A stretch of 64,000 nucleotides of DNA from Synergistales bacterium. Its GTDB lineage: Bacteria > Synergistota > Synergistia > Synergistales > 79-D21. Numbering within the stretch: the first letter of the stretch is position 1; each line of letters opens with the position of its first letter. The stretch is taken from the NCBI GenBank assembly GCA_036722335.1, contig DAIMJI010000002.1, positions 7,739 through 71,738 of the forward strand, read 5' to 3'. A program made the position numbers and the translations under genes. Shown here piece by piece: positions 29,767 through 39,643 of the stretch. The notes below the pieces were generated by a model. It had not been told where the DNA came from. It saw nothing but the letters and a program-made list of their open reading frames with translations, and ran no database searches.

Positions 29767-31241
29767 CCCGTTGCCCCTTCCAGGTGCCTGATGATTCGGT
29801 GCGCGAGATCCAGGCCGATTCCGGGTATCGAGGAGGCCAGGACCTCGGGTTTTGCGGAGGCGATCCTCTGTATGCTGCCAAACTGCGAGAGAAGGGCCGC
29901 GGCCCTCTTCTTCCCTATTCCCGGGACTTCTTCCAGCGCTGAGCGCAGGTTCCTGCTGTCCCTCTTCCGCGTATGGGCTGAAACGGCGAATCGGTGTGCT
30001 TCGTCCCGTAGTCTCTGGAGAAGTTGAAGGGCTGGGTTGTCCCTCCCCGGCAAGAGCGGGGTTTCGCCAGAAAGAGTGTATATTGCTTCTTCCTGTTTTG
30101 CCAGCGCGACAACGGGTATTTCTCCCAGCCCCAGGTCCGTTAGTGCTCTTTCCGCGAAACGAAGCTGCTGGATTCCGCCATCGATGACAATAAGCTGGGG
30201 AAGCGGTTCCTGCCCTTTGACAGAACGGCTGTAGCGGCGTTTCAGCGTTTCCTCTATAGAACGGAAATCATCGATTCCTTCGACTTCCCTTATCGCGAAT
30301 TTCCTGTAAAGGCTTGGGTTGGGGATTCCCTGTTCGAACACGACGACCACCCCGTACGTTTCCTTGCCGGCAAAGTGCGATATGTCGAAACAGTCGATCC
30401 TCCAAGGGGCGGAAGGCAGGCCCAGGAGTTGCTCCAGGCCGAGGAAAGCCTCCCAGGTATCCTTGTCCAGGTCCTCCCTGAGAACCCTGTTCCTTTTTTG
30501 GCGGGTGTAGTGCCAGATCGACCTGATCGTGTCCCTCAAGCGCGCAGCCTCTTCGAAGCGGAGGTCCCGCGCGGCCTTGTCCATCCTGCGCCGCAGGCTC
30601 TCCACGAGATCCGTTACCCTACCGCTGAGAAGCAGTGCGAGATCGGCGACGGTTTCGGCGTACCGGGTTTCGGTGCAGTACCCAACGCAGGGGGCGGGGC
30701 ACCTCATGAGGGCGTGCCTGACGCAGGGCCGGCCGGGTACGGGTGGGCACGGGGCTGGGGACTTGCAGGTTCGGAGAGGGAAATGACGTTCGATCAGGCG
30801 GGTCAGCTGGCGCAATTCGCCAACCCTCGTGAAAGGGCCAAAGTAGGAAGCCCCGTCGTCCGTTTTGTTCCGAGTGATTTCCAGGCGCGGGAAGCTTTCT
30901 TTCGTCAACTTGATCCAGGGATACCTTTCTCCCATCTTCAGCTCGACATTGAAGAAAGGCTTGTAGCGGCGGATCAGTCTTGATTCGACGATAAGCGCTT
31001 CCGCTTCGGATTCCGTGCGGATGAAAGACAGGTCGGAAATCTCCTCCACGAGCTTCCTGAGCCTCGGGGAGGCAAAGCCTCCATGCCTGAAGTAAGAGGC
31101 GACCCTCTTGCGAAGGTTCTTGGCCTTTCCCACGTAAATAACCTTGCCAAGGGCATCGTGCATAAGGTACACCCCAGGGCGCAAGGGCAATTTCCCGACC
31201 TTTTCCTTAAGTTCCCTGCTCGCCAATTGGCGTTCCTCCAT
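29763..31241 (-). CDS. uvrC: Excinuclease ABC subunit C (compact, 492 aa)
   Basis: GIY-YIG (PGVYLMHDALGKVIYVGKAKNLRKR), a UVR domain (FEEAARLRDTI), the endonuclease domain (IDCFDISH) and a C-terminal (HhH)2 (IPGIGKKRAAALL). Confidence 0.9.
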   Translation of the reverse strand: MEERQLASRELKEKVGKLPLRPGVYLMHDALGKVIYVGKAKNLRKRVASYFRHGGFASPRLRKLVEEISDLSFIRTESEAEALIVESRLIRRYKPFFNVELKMGERYPWIKLTKESFPRLEITRNKTDDGASYFGPFTRVGELRQLTRLIERHFPLRTCKSPAPCPPVPGRPCVRHALMRCPAPCVGYCTETRYAETVADLALLLSGRVTDLVESLRRRMDKAARDLRFEEAARLRDTIRSIWHYTRQKRNRVLREDLDKDTWEAFLGLEQLLGLPSAPWRIDCFDISHFAGKETYGVVVVFEQGIPNPSLYRKFAIREVEGIDDFRSIEETLKRRYSRSVKGQEPLPQLIVIDGGIQQLRFAERALTDLGLGEIPVVALAKQEEAIYTLSGETPLLPGRDNPALQLLQRLRDEAHRFAVSAHTRKRDSRNLRSALEEVPGIGKKRAAALLSQFGSIQRIASAKPEVLASSIPGIGLDLAHRIIRHLEGATG

Positions 31242-31242
31242 C

Positions 31243-31272
31243 TTGTCGTTGGCGGATTCCCTGAAATACTAT
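31243..31272 (+). promoter_or_regulatory. Candidate cysS promoter
   Basis: Plus strand TTGTCG (31243-31248), an 18-nt spacer, then TACTAT (31267-31272). Confidence 0.4.
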
Positions 31273-31288
31273 GGAAAACCCTCCCCGC

Positions 31289-31316
31289 ATAGTATAGGAT
31301 AGCGACAACAAGTCAA
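31289..31316 (-). promoter_or_regulatory. Candidate uvrC promoter
   Basis: Minus strand TTGACT (31316-31311), a 16-nt spacer, then TACTAT (31294-31289). Confidence 0.45.
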
Positions 31317-31335
31317 CGAAGAGGAGGTTTTTCCC

Positions 31336-32748
31336 ATGAAGCTATATAACGACCTGACCCGTAAAAAAGAAGAGTTCGTTCCCATCGTTCCGGGAGAAGT
31401 TCGGTTCTATGTCTGCGGCCCCACGGTCTACGACTTTTTCCATATAGGCAACGCAAGGCCCTTCATCGTCTTTGATGTCATGCGCCGCTATCTTGAATCA
31501 ACCGGAATGAGGGTCATCTACGTCCAGAATTTTACGGACATCGACGACAAGATGATCAACCGGGCTCATGAACTTGGGATCACTGTCCCGGAGCTTGCGG
31601 AAAGGTTCATTGGAGAGTACTACGAGGATGCCGATGCCCTTGGGATCCATAGGGCATCGGTGAACCCGAAGGCCACAGAGCATATACCCGAGATCATCTC
31701 CCTCGTGGAAAAGCTGATCGAAGAAGGGCATGCCTACACGGTCGATGGCGATGTCTATTTTGAGGTTTCAACCTTTCCGGAATACGGGAAACTCTCGAAG
31801 CAGACCCTTGAGGAACTCCAGTCGGGAGCGAGGATCGACGTGGACGAGAGGAAAAGGCACCCTCTCGACTTCGCGCTGTGGAAAGCGGAAAAACCTGGCG
31901 AACCCTCCTGGGAAAGCCCGTGGGGAAGAGGGCGGCCTGGCTGGCATATCGAGTGCAGCGCGATGGCGATGAAATACCTCGGGGAGACGGCGGACATCCA
32001 TGCCGGCGGAAGCGATCTCGTCTTTCCCCACCATGAGAACGAAATTGCCCAGGCGGAGGCCGCAACGGGCAAGCCGTTTATCCGCACATGGGTGCATAAC
32101 GGGTATTTGCTCATGGATAACGAGAAAATGTCGAAATCCCTGGGAAACTTCCTTACGGCCCGCGAGATGAGGAAAAGATTTTCCCCACTCGCGATCCGGA
32201 TGTTCATGCTGAGTGCCCACTATCGCTCCCCGATTAATTTTTCGGATGAATCCCTGAAACAGGCAACGTCTGCTGTCGAAAGGCTCCGGAATTGCTGGGG
32301 GGCCCTCCAGGAAGCGAAAGGCGGGCCTGTGGGAACCGTGGGGGCAGAAGGCATCCAGTTATCGGAGGAACTAGGAAGGCTAGGGAGGCGTTTCCACGAA
32401 GAGATGGACGACGACCTCAATACGGCCGGAGCCCTGGGGGCCCTTTTTGAAGGTGTGAAAGCAATCAACACCGCGCTTAGGGAAAGCCAGCGGCTGGGCT
32501 TGAAAACTCTGGAAGAAGCGGAAGGCTTCCTTAAAGAGGCGGATGAAATCCTGGGAGTCATGGGGATTGGGCAGGAGAAGGAATCCGGACTTTCGGACGA
32601 GGAGATCGAAAACAGGATCCTCGAAAGGTCTTCGGCAAAAAAAGGCAAGGACTTCAAGAGGGCGGACGAAATTCGTGCCGAACTTCTCGCCTTGGGCGTG
32701 ATCCTCGAGGACACCCCCCAGGGGACGCGTTGGAAGCGGCAGATATGA
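31336..32748 (+). CDS. cysS: Cysteinyl-tRNA synthetase
   Basis: 470 aa with HIGN (class I HIGH) and KMSKS motifs. GAGGAGG SD. Confidence 0.95.
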   Translation: MKLYNDLTRKKEEFVPIVPGEVRFYVCGPTVYDFFHIGNARPFIVFDVMRRYLESTGMRVIYVQNFTDIDDKMINRAHELGITVPELAERFIGEYYEDADALGIHRASVNPKATEHIPEIISLVEKLIEEGHAYTVDGDVYFEVSTFPEYGKLSKQTLEELQSGARIDVDERKRHPLDFALWKAEKPGEPSWESPWGRGRPGWHIECSAMAMKYLGETADIHAGGSDLVFPHHENEIAQAEAATGKPFIRTWVHNGYLLMDNEKMSKSLGNFLTAREMRKRFSPLAIRMFMLSAHYRSPINFSDESLKQATSAVERLRNCWGALQEAKGGPVGTVGAEGIQLSEELGRLGRRFHEEMDDDLNTAGALGALFEGVKAINTALRESQRLGLKTLEEAEGFLKEADEILGVMGIGQEKESGLSDEEIENRILERSSAKKGKDFKRADEIRAELLALGVILEDTPQGTRWKRQI

Positions 32749-32764
32749 GAGCAAACCGGGAAAA

Positions 32765-32799
32765 GGGGGAAGGCCATCAATGGCCTTCCCCCTTTTTTT
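32765..32799 (+). terminator. Rho-independent terminator of cysS
   Basis: 12-bp perfect stem GGGGGAAGGCCA/TGGCCTTCCCCC, loop TCAA, then T7. Confidence 0.85.
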
Positions 32800-32873
32800 A
32801 TCCAAAAGGCACGCAAGTCCTGTGGTATCATTTGATAGAGTTAAAGAAAAGAAATGCGAAAGGGGGGTATCAA

Positions 32874-33518
32874 ATGAAGATCCTGGTCCTGTTCTATTCG
32901 ACTTACGGCCATGTTTTCAAAATGGCTGAAGCGGTTGCCGCCGGTGCCTCGGAAGTCCCGGGGGCGGAAGTGGTCCTTAAGCGCGTTCCGGAAACCTTGC
33001 CTGGCGAGGTGCTTGAGAAGATGGGGGCTGTGGAAGCCCAGAGGATCTTTCAGTCCGTTCCTGTAGCGACTGTCGCCGACCTTGCGGAAGCGGACGCGAT
33101 CCTTTTCGGGACCCCGACACGTTTCGGGAACATGGCGGCCCAGATGAGGAGTTTCCTCGACGCGACAGGAGGCTTATGGGTCCAGGGGGCCCTGGTGGGG
33201 AAAGTCGCGGGGGTTTTCACCAGTACGGGAACCCAGCATGGAGGCCAGGAGTCGACGCTATTGAGTTTCCAGGTCACACTACTCCACCATGGAATGGTTA
33301 TCGCCGGTCTTCCATATGCTTTCCAGGGACAGATGGGAAACGAGGGAATAGTCGGCGGGAGCCCTTACGGGGCCACGACCGTGGCGGGTACGAGCGGTGA
33401 GAGGACGCCCGGCGAAGTTGATCTTGCGGGTGCGAGGTACCAGGGGAAGTACGTGGCTCTCCTGGCCTCGAGGCTGGCCTCGAGCCGGGGGGATATCCTC
33501 GGCGAGCTCGGGAAATAG
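32874..33518 (+). CDS. wrbA: NAD(P)H:quinone oxidoreductase WrbA (flavodoxin-like)
   Basis: [21 protein letters not shown]...[10 protein letters not shown]. The start is at ATG 32874 with an AGGGGGG SD; the track extension from 32730 is rejected. Confidence 0.9.
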   Translation: MKILVLFYSTYGHVFKMAEAVAAGASEVPGAEVVLKRVPETLPGEVLEKMGAVEAQRIFQSVPVATVADLAEADAILFGTPTRFGNMAAQMRSFLDATGGLWVQGALVGKVAGVFTSTGTQHGGQESTLLSFQVTLLHHGMVIAGLPYAFQGQMGNEGIVGGSPYGATTVAGTSGERTPGEVDLAGARYQGKYVALLASRLASSRGDILGELGK

Positions 33519-33533
33519 AAAGAGGAGGATTTG

Positions 33534-33571
33534 CCGGACCTCCGGTTTTGACCGGAGGTCCGGTTTTTTTT
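33534..33571 (+). terminator. Rho-independent terminator of wrbA
   Basis: 12-bp perfect stem CCGGACCTCCGG/CCGGAGGTCCGG, loop TTTTGA, then T8. Confidence 0.9.
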
Positions 33572-33582
33572 GCAGGTTGCAG

Positions 33583-33588
33583 TATAAT
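33583..33588 (+). promoter_or_regulatory. Candidate -10 box (TATAAT) for typA
   Basis: Perfect TATAAT 58 nt upstream of the typA ATG, just after the wrbA terminator. I could not find a clear -35. Confidence 0.4.
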
Positions 33589-33645
33589 GTCTTTTTGTCC
33601 GGCTTTAGGCTGGAAAAATAATTCCCCTTTGGAAGGATCTGTCCC

Positions 33646-35526
33646 ATGAGAGACGTCGAAAACATCAGAAATGTAGCGATTATTGCCCACATCGACCACG
33701 GCAAAACGACACTCCTGGATTCGGTTTTTCGTGCCGCGCGAGTTTTCCGTGACAACGCCAAGGTCGAAGAAAGAGTCATGGACAACAACGAGCTCGAGCG
33801 GGAAAGAGGCATCACGATAAGGGCGAAGCACTGCTCTGTCGAATGGAAGGATACCCTCATCAACATCATCGACACCCCGGGGCATGCGGATTTTTCGGGT
33901 GAAGTCGAAAGGGTCCTTTCGATGGTCGATTCCGTGCTCCTGCTCGTCGACGCCAACGAAGGCCCCATGCCGCAGACCCGTTATGTCCTGATGCGTGCGC
34001 TTAAAGCAGGTTTGAAGCCGATTGTTGTCGTGAACAAGGTGGACCGCCCGAATGCCTCGGTAGAGAACGCACTGAACGCGACGTTCGATTTGTTCCTGGA
34101 GCTTGGGGCTACGGATGAACAGGCCGATTTCCCGGTGCTTTACGGATCCGGACTGCACGGCTGGTTCGTCAGGGACCTGGAGCGGGATGAACATTCAGGG
34201 ATGGATGCCTTGTTCGAGACGATTGTCCAGAAAGTTGCCCCTCCTGCCGGGAACATTTCAGACCCCTTCCTCCTTCAGTCCACGACTTTGGCCTGGAACG
34301 ACTACATCGGGCGCATCGGATGCGGCAAGGTCCTCAAGGGAAAAGTGAAAACCGGCGATCCCATCCTTCGTACCAGCACCAGGTGGAAAGGGCATGACCG
34401 CAAGGAGTGGGAGATTTCGGAGAAGGAACCCGCCAAGGTGACACACCTATGGGTAACGCGGGGGCTGCAGCTTGTCGAGGTTGAAGAAGTCGGGGCCGGG
34501 GACGTTGTCTGGATTGCGGGCCCTGAAGAAATCGGTATAGGCGATACGCTGGCTTCCACGGAATCGCAGGAAACAGTTCTTCCCCCCCTTACGATCGAGG
34601 AACCGACGGTATCGATGTTCTTCCTTGTGAACACCGGGCCTTTTTCCGGCAAGGAAGGCAGAGCCGTAACCCTGAGGCAGATACGGGATCGGCTGATGCG
34701 CGAAGCCCGGGTCAACGTCGCCTTAAGAGTGGAAGACATCGGCCGCCCTGACGGAATCAAGGTTTCAGGCAGAGGGGAACTTCACCTGGCGATCCTTATC
34801 GAGGAAATGCGCAGGGAAGGTATGGAGTTTTGCGTTTCCCGGCCCGAGGTGATTACGGATCGGGATGAGGAAGGAAATCTTCTCGAACCGATCGAACAGT
34901 TGATCATAGACGTTCCGGAAGAACACCAGGGAGTTGTCATAGAAAAGGTTTCCAAGCGCAAGGGAGAGTTCACGAGCGTGCAGAACCTTGGCACGGGACT
35001 TCTTCGTCTCGAATTCAACATTCCCACGAGAGGCCTTATTGGATACCGGAGCGAGTTCCTGACGGATACCCGCGGGCTCGGTATCATGTCCTCGCGGTTC
35101 ATTGGCTATGACCTGTGGCGGGGGGATGTAACGGGTAGAAGCAGGGGTTCCCTGGTGAGCATGGACACGGGTGAAGCGACGAGCTACCAGCTCGAGAACC
35201 TGCAGGAGCGCGGGGTCCTCTTTATTTCCCCGATGGACAGGGTCTACGAGGGGATGGTGGTTGGAGAACACTCGAGGGGGAACGACCTGCCCTGCAACCC
35301 CACAAAGAAAAAGCATGTGACCAACCATCGGTCGGCCACCAAGGACAACACGGTGATCCTTGATGTCCCAAGGCGGCTGACCCTTGATTCGGCCCTGGAG
35401 TGGATTGCCGAGGACGAGCTTGTGGAAGTCACTCCGCTGTCCGTTAGGGTAAGGAAAGCCATCCTGAACCACGATGCCCGCAAAAAGGCTGCAAAACGGG
35501 TTCCCGCGGACGACGAGAACCTGTAG
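33646..35526 (+). CDS. typA: Translational GTPase TypA/BipA
   Basis: 626 aa with [20 protein letters not shown] and NKVD. The EF-G-like domains lack domain IV. Confidence 0.95.
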   Translation: MRDVENIRNVAIIAHIDHGKTTLLDSVFRAARVFRDNAKVEERVMDNNELERERGITIRAKHCSVEWKDTLINIIDTPGHADFSGEVERVLSMVDSVLLLVDANEGPMPQTRYVLMRALKAGLKPIVVVNKVDRPNASVENALNATFDLFLELGATDEQADFPVLYGSGLHGWFVRDLERDEHSGMDALFETIVQKVAPPAGNISDPFLLQSTTLAWNDYIGRIGCGKVLKGKVKTGDPILRTSTRWKGHDRKEWEISEKEPAKVTHLWVTRGLQLVEVEEVGAGDVVWIAGPEEIGIGDTLASTESQETVLPPLTIEEPTVSMFFLVNTGPFSGKEGRAVTLRQIRDRLMREARVNVALRVEDIGRPDGIKVSGRGELHLAILIEEMRREGMEFCVSRPEVITDRDEEGNLLEPIEQLIIDVPEEHQGVVIEKVSKRKGEFTSVQNLGTGLLRLEFNIPTRGLIGYRSEFLTDTRGLGIMSSRFIGYDLWRGDVTGRSRGSLVSMDTGEATSYQLENLQERGVLFISPMDRVYEGMVVGEHSRGNDLPCNPTKKKHVTNHRSATKDNTVILDVPRRLTLDSALEWIAEDELVEVTPLSVRVRKAILNHDARKKAAKRVPADDENL

Positions 35527-36687
35527 GTGAATGCCGTGAAGGGATTCGTTTTCAACGCGCCGACGACAGTTGTTTTCGGAAGTGGTTCGATTGCCGGCCT
35601 TGTCGACCAGGTCCGGCGGCTTGGCTGCGGGAAACCGCTTATCCTGACGGGCCCAAGGATAGCGACTTCCGGCCTCCTGGACAAGCTTAAGGAACCCTTT
35701 GGGAGAGCCGGGCTCGACTTCAGGCTCTTTGATGGCGTGGTTCCCGAACCGCCGGCTGAAAAGGTGTATGAGGCGGCCATGGAAGTCCGGCGGGAAGGGT
35801 ATGACCTTTTGGTCGGGGTTGGAGGGGGCAGCACGATGGACTTTACGAAGATCGTCTCCGTCCTTGCCAGCCATGACCTCCAAATAGAAGAAATGGCCGG
35901 GAACGACAAGATTCCCTCGAAGGGACTCCCGACGATCATGGTACCCACGACCTCCGGGAGTGGCTCGGAAGTTTCCCCTGTAGCCGTCCTCTCCTTCCCC
36001 GAGCAAGGGATGAAGCGAGGAATAGCAAGCCGCTGCCTTATCCCGGACGCGGCCATCGTCGATCCCGAACTGACCTTGGGATTGCCCCCGGAAATCACGG
36101 CGAACACGGGAGTGGATGCCTTGATCCACGGAATCGAGTCGTTTCTCTCGGTCAAGGCGAATCCTTTGAGCCAGAACCTTTCATTGATGGCATGCGAGAA
36201 TATTTGCAAGAACCTCGCAAGGGTTGTCCTTTTCGGATCGGACCTGGAGGCGCGGGAGGGCATGTCACTGGGGAGCCTTACCGCCGGCCTGGCGTTTTCC
36301 ATGGCAGGGACCGCGGCGGTCCATGCGCTCGCCTATCCTCTTGGGGGTCAGTACCATGTTCCTCACGGGGCCGCCAATGCGGTCATGCTTAAACCCGTGC
36401 TGGATTTCAACCGTCCCTCCTGTCTTGAGGGATTCCAGAGATTGGCCATGGCTTTCGGTGTCGCCGAACCCCAGGATCCCAACGCATCGGCGGATGCCTT
36501 TATCGATACGGTCAGGACCTTGTGCGAAAGGACAGGGGTCAAGACGCGCCTTCGCGACCTGGGAATCCCGGAGGAATCGATCGGGGGCATGGCTGAAGCC
36601 GCGATGAGGGAAACGCGCCTATTGGAAAACAACCCGCGCCCCGTGGGAAAGGAAGACGCGGAAAGGCTTTACCGGGAGGCCTGGTAG
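35527..36687 (+). CDS. Iron-containing (group III) alcohol dehydrogenase
   Basis: 386 aa with GGGSTMDFTK and metal-site histidines (HALAYPLGGQYHVPHGAAN). The GTG start abuts the typA stop. Confidence 0.85.
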   Translation: MNAVKGFVFNAPTTVVFGSGSIAGLVDQVRRLGCGKPLILTGPRIATSGLLDKLKEPFGRAGLDFRLFDGVVPEPPAEKVYEAAMEVRREGYDLLVGVGGGSTMDFTKIVSVLASHDLQIEEMAGNDKIPSKGLPTIMVPTTSGSGSEVSPVAVLSFPEQGMKRGIASRCLIPDAAIVDPELTLGLPPEITANTGVDALIHGIESFLSVKANPLSQNLSLMACENICKNLARVVLFGSDLEAREGMSLGSLTAGLAFSMAGTAAVHALAYPLGGQYHVPHGAANAVMLKPVLDFNRPSCLEGFQRLAMAFGVAEPQDPNASADAFIDTVRTLCERTGVKTRLRDLGIPEESIGGMAEAAMRETRLLENNPRPVGKEDAERLYREAW

Positions 36688-36692
36688 CCGCC

Positions 36693-37412
36693 TCACATCC
36701 GGGCCATCTTCTCGGCTATGTGGTCGATATGCGACCCTTTCCAGAAGATGCGTTTGCAGGACGGGCAAATCTGGAAGGTGTTGTAGAACCTTTTGGTCAT
36801 GGGCTGGAGACGGTCCATGACCTCTTCTTTTTCGACGGGGGCGAGTGGCGTGTTGCATCTTGCGCAACGGGAAAAGGGCCGTGAAAAATCCTTTAGCCCG
36901 TACTCGGAAAATATCTCCGCGAGTTGTTCCCATGGTTTTTCGTTCCTGACAAGGTAACCGAAAGCGATGATGCGTCTTTTGAGCAGGTTCCTGTCCCTCG
37001 TCAGGACAACCCGTTTTTGTTCCCATGACAACGTTGCGATAGACCTGTCGTCCAGTGCCGGGTCAATGAGAGTGTCGAACCCCATCAGCCGGAGCAACTT
37101 CCCTGCCCCTGCCACGTTGACGTCGGCAAGAAAGGCGATAAGGCTTTGGGAAGCCCCGTTTTCCACGTTCCATGGGGAAGGTCTCGGTGGGGAATAAGGG
37201 AAGATTTCGATCCGGTCTTCGAAAGAAACGGCCTCGAGGATGCCGCATTCCTTGCCGTTGATTTCGATGCGGCCAATTTCCGTGTGGGGGATACCGAGCG
37301 TCTCGACAAGGTCCTTGGCCGCACGCGGAAAAGACCTGCGGCCCAAGACAGTCTTTTTCACCGGAAGGATTTCCTGCAGGTTTCCGTGAAAGACGATTTC
37401 AGGCATTTTCAC
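36693..37412 (-). CDS. Mut7-C RNase-domain protein (beta-grasp N-term + PIN-like nuclease + zinc ribbon)
   Basis: 239 aa with FLADVNVAGAGKLLRLMGFDT (Mut7-C/DUF82 core) and C-terminal CARC...CPSC. GGAGGAG SD. Confidence 0.75.
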   Translation of the reverse strand: MKMPEIVFHGNLQEILPVKKTVLGRRSFPRAAKDLVETLGIPHTEIGRIEINGKECGILEAVSFEDRIEIFPYSPPRPSPWNVENGASQSLIAFLADVNVAGAGKLLRLMGFDTLIDPALDDRSIATLSWEQKRVVLTRDRNLLKRRIIAFGYLVRNEKPWEQLAEIFSEYGLKDFSRPFSRCARCNTPLAPVEKEEVMDRLQPMTKRFYNTFQICPSCKRIFWKGSHIDHIAEKMARM

Positions 37413-37462
37413 TCCTCCTGTGCCACCTTGCCCAGCAAGGGGCTGGGTGCGAAAATGGCCCC

Positions 37463-39643
37463 ATGCGGGAAGAAATCGGCAAGCAAACCAGCCTGCAGGG
37501 TGAAGTTGAAAGGATTACCTTCAGGAACGAGCAAACCGGCTACAGCGTGATCCGGCTCAAGATCCCCGGGTCGGCACGGACTGTCACCGCTGTTGGGAAC
37601 ATCCCCGCGGTATCCGCGGGAGAGTCTCTGGCCCTGTCTGGGGAATGGGTTGTCCACCCGAGGTTCGGCAGGCAGTTCCAGGTCCTCTCCTCTCGTCCCT
37701 CAGTGCCCGTTACGGCTGCCGGGATAGAACGCTACCTTGCAAGCGGCGCAATAAAGGGAATCGGTCCCGCGACCGCGAAAAGGATCGTAGGGGCTTTCGG
37801 TGAAAAGTCGCTTGAGATCCTGGATCGCGAACCCGAAAAACTGGCCAGCCTGCAGGGCATAGGTGAGGCTCGCCTCAAGACGATCCAGGCAGCCTGGAAG
37901 GCCAGGAGTGACGCAAGGGAAACCCTTCTTTTCCTCTACTCGATCGGGATCAGTCCCGGCCTTGCCGAAAAAATACACCGACGCTACGGTCAAAAGACTA
38001 TCACAAGAATAAGCGAAAACCCGTATCACCTGGCTGAAGATGTCTGGGGGATCGGGTTCCTCACCGCCGACCGCATCGCAACAGAGATGGGCATTGCTCC
38101 CGATTCTTCCGTAAGAATGGATGCCGGTGTCCTCCACTCTCTCCGGACCCTTTCGGAGGCGGGCCACCTTTACTCTCCCCTGCCGGAGCTGCTCGATCGG
38201 GCCTCCGCCTTGCTTGGGGCAAGCCATGTCGCTATCGCGCAGGCCATCGAAAGGGGCGTTGCGCAAGGCGTGTTGGTCGTCGAAGAATCCCTGGGGGAAA
38301 CAGCGGTGTATATTTCTTCCCTTTACAGGGACGAAGTGCACGTGGCAAATCGCCTGAGGGACCTGGTTTCGTCCACTGCCCTTCGAAAAGGGGCCTTTGG
38401 TGATTTCGAGGAGTTCACCCGCCGTTACCCGATCCGGCTTTCCGAAAGGCAAAATGAAGCCCTCCGCCTTTCCTCGCTCGGGAAAGTCCTCATCATTACC
38501 GGTGGGCCGGGAACGGGCAAGACCACGCTGGTCCGAGCCATCCTGGGGTTAAACGAAGCACCCGGCAGGAAGATCGTCCTTGCCGCCCCGACGGGTCGTG
38601 CGGCGAAGAGGCTGCAGGAAACCACCGGCCAAAAGGCGAAAACCATCCATCGACTGCTCGAATACCGGGCGCAGGACGGCACTTTCGCCCGGAATGCCGG
38701 AAATCCGCTGGACTGCGATATCCTTGTCGTTGACGAGGCCTCGATGATCGACATACAGATAGCCTCTCACCTGCTCGAAGCCCTTTCAGATAACACATCG
38801 GTCATTCTTGTTGGGGACGCGGACCAGTTGCCCTCAGTAGGGCCGGGGAACGTCCTAAAGGAATGCATCGATTCGAAGGTTATCCCGGTCGTGGAGCTGA
38901 ACGAGATTTTCAGGCAGAGCCGCGAAAGCCTGATTGTCGTCAACGCACACCGTGTCAGGAACGGTCTTATGCCGCTCTTGCCGGGCGAGGGCGAGGCCCG
39001 GAAAGGTTTTTATTTTGTTATGGAAGAAAACCCGGGGGAGGTCGCGCTGAAGATTCGGGAACTGGTCACCCGGGTATTGCCCGGCCGTCTCGGCCTGGAC
39101 CCCATGAGGGATATACAGGTCCTGTCGCCGATGCACAAGGGGGAAGCCGGGGCGATTGCCTTGAACGATAGCCTGCAGGAGGCCCTTAACGGATCATCGG
39201 CTGGCTTGAGGCACGGAGGCAGGGCCTTCAGGGTCGGGGATAGGGTCATGCAGGTTAGAAACAGTTACGAAAAGGACGTCTTCAACGGGGATATAGGGAG
39301 GATCGTGGGGATTGACGCCGAGAACCAGGTCGTTAACGTCAGCTTTGAAGAAAGGCTCGTCCCGTATGCCTTCCCGGATCTGGACGAGATTGTCCCGGCC
39401 TATGCGATTACGGTTCACAAGTCCCAAGGGTCCGAGTATCCCGCAGTGGTCATTCCCCTGACGACCCAGCATTACATGATGCTCCAGAGGAACCTTCTCT
39501 ACACGGCCCTCACGAGGGCCAAGAGGGTTGCCGTCATCGTCGGCACAAAGAGGGCGCTGGCCATCGCCGTCAGGAACAACCGTGTCCAGCGGCGGTTCAG
39601 CCGCCTTGCCCAGCGTCTCAATCGAGGTCGAGTTCTTGCCTAG
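37463..39643 (+). CDS. recD2: RecD2-type SF1B ATP-dependent DNA helicase
   Basis: 726 aa with an N-terminal OB/HhH region, Walker A GGPGTGKTT, DEASMID, and C-terminal AITVHKSQGSE...LYTALTRAK. Confidence 0.9.
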   Translation: MREEIGKQTSLQGEVERITFRNEQTGYSVIRLKIPGSARTVTAVGNIPAVSAGESLALSGEWVVHPRFGRQFQVLSSRPSVPVTAAGIERYLASGAIKGIGPATAKRIVGAFGEKSLEILDREPEKLASLQGIGEARLKTIQAAWKARSDARETLLFLYSIGISPGLAEKIHRRYGQKTITRISENPYHLAEDVWGIGFLTADRIATEMGIAPDSSVRMDAGVLHSLRTLSEAGHLYSPLPELLDRASALLGASHVAIAQAIERGVAQGVLVVEESLGETAVYISSLYRDEVHVANRLRDLVSSTALRKGAFGDFEEFTRRYPIRLSERQNEALRLSSLGKVLIITGGPGTGKTTLVRAILGLNEAPGRKIVLAAPTGRAAKRLQETTGQKAKTIHRLLEYRAQDGTFARNAGNPLDCDILVVDEASMIDIQIASHLLEALSDNTSVILVGDADQLPSVGPGNVLKECIDSKVIPVVELNEIFRQSRESLIVVNAHRVRNGLMPLLPGEGEARKGFYFVMEENPGEVALKIRELVTRVLPGRLGLDPMRDIQVLSPMHKGEAGAIALNDSLQEALNGSSAGLRHGGRAFRVGDRVMQVRNSYEKDVFNGDIGRIVGIDAENQVVNVSFEERLVPYAFPDLDEIVPAYAITVHKSQGSEYPAVVIPLTTQHYMMLQRNLLYTALTRAKRVAVIVGTKRALAIAVRNNRVQRRFSRLAQRLNRGRVLA

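Noticed and set aside
32793-32805. DnaA-box-like TTATCCAAA next to the cysS terminator, plus a TTATCCACG at about 44276.
   Set aside because: These are single, isolated, imperfect boxes with no cluster and no AT-rich unwinding element, so they are not an origin.
34765-36129. 454-aa minus-strand ORF, plus a 352-aa ORF at 35244-36302, lying antisense to typA and the Fe-ADH gene.
   Set aside because: It spans the junction of two well-supported plus-strand genes. The translation is Arg/Gly/Pro-rich and low in complexity, with no motifs. Long stop-free antisense frames are expected at this GC content.
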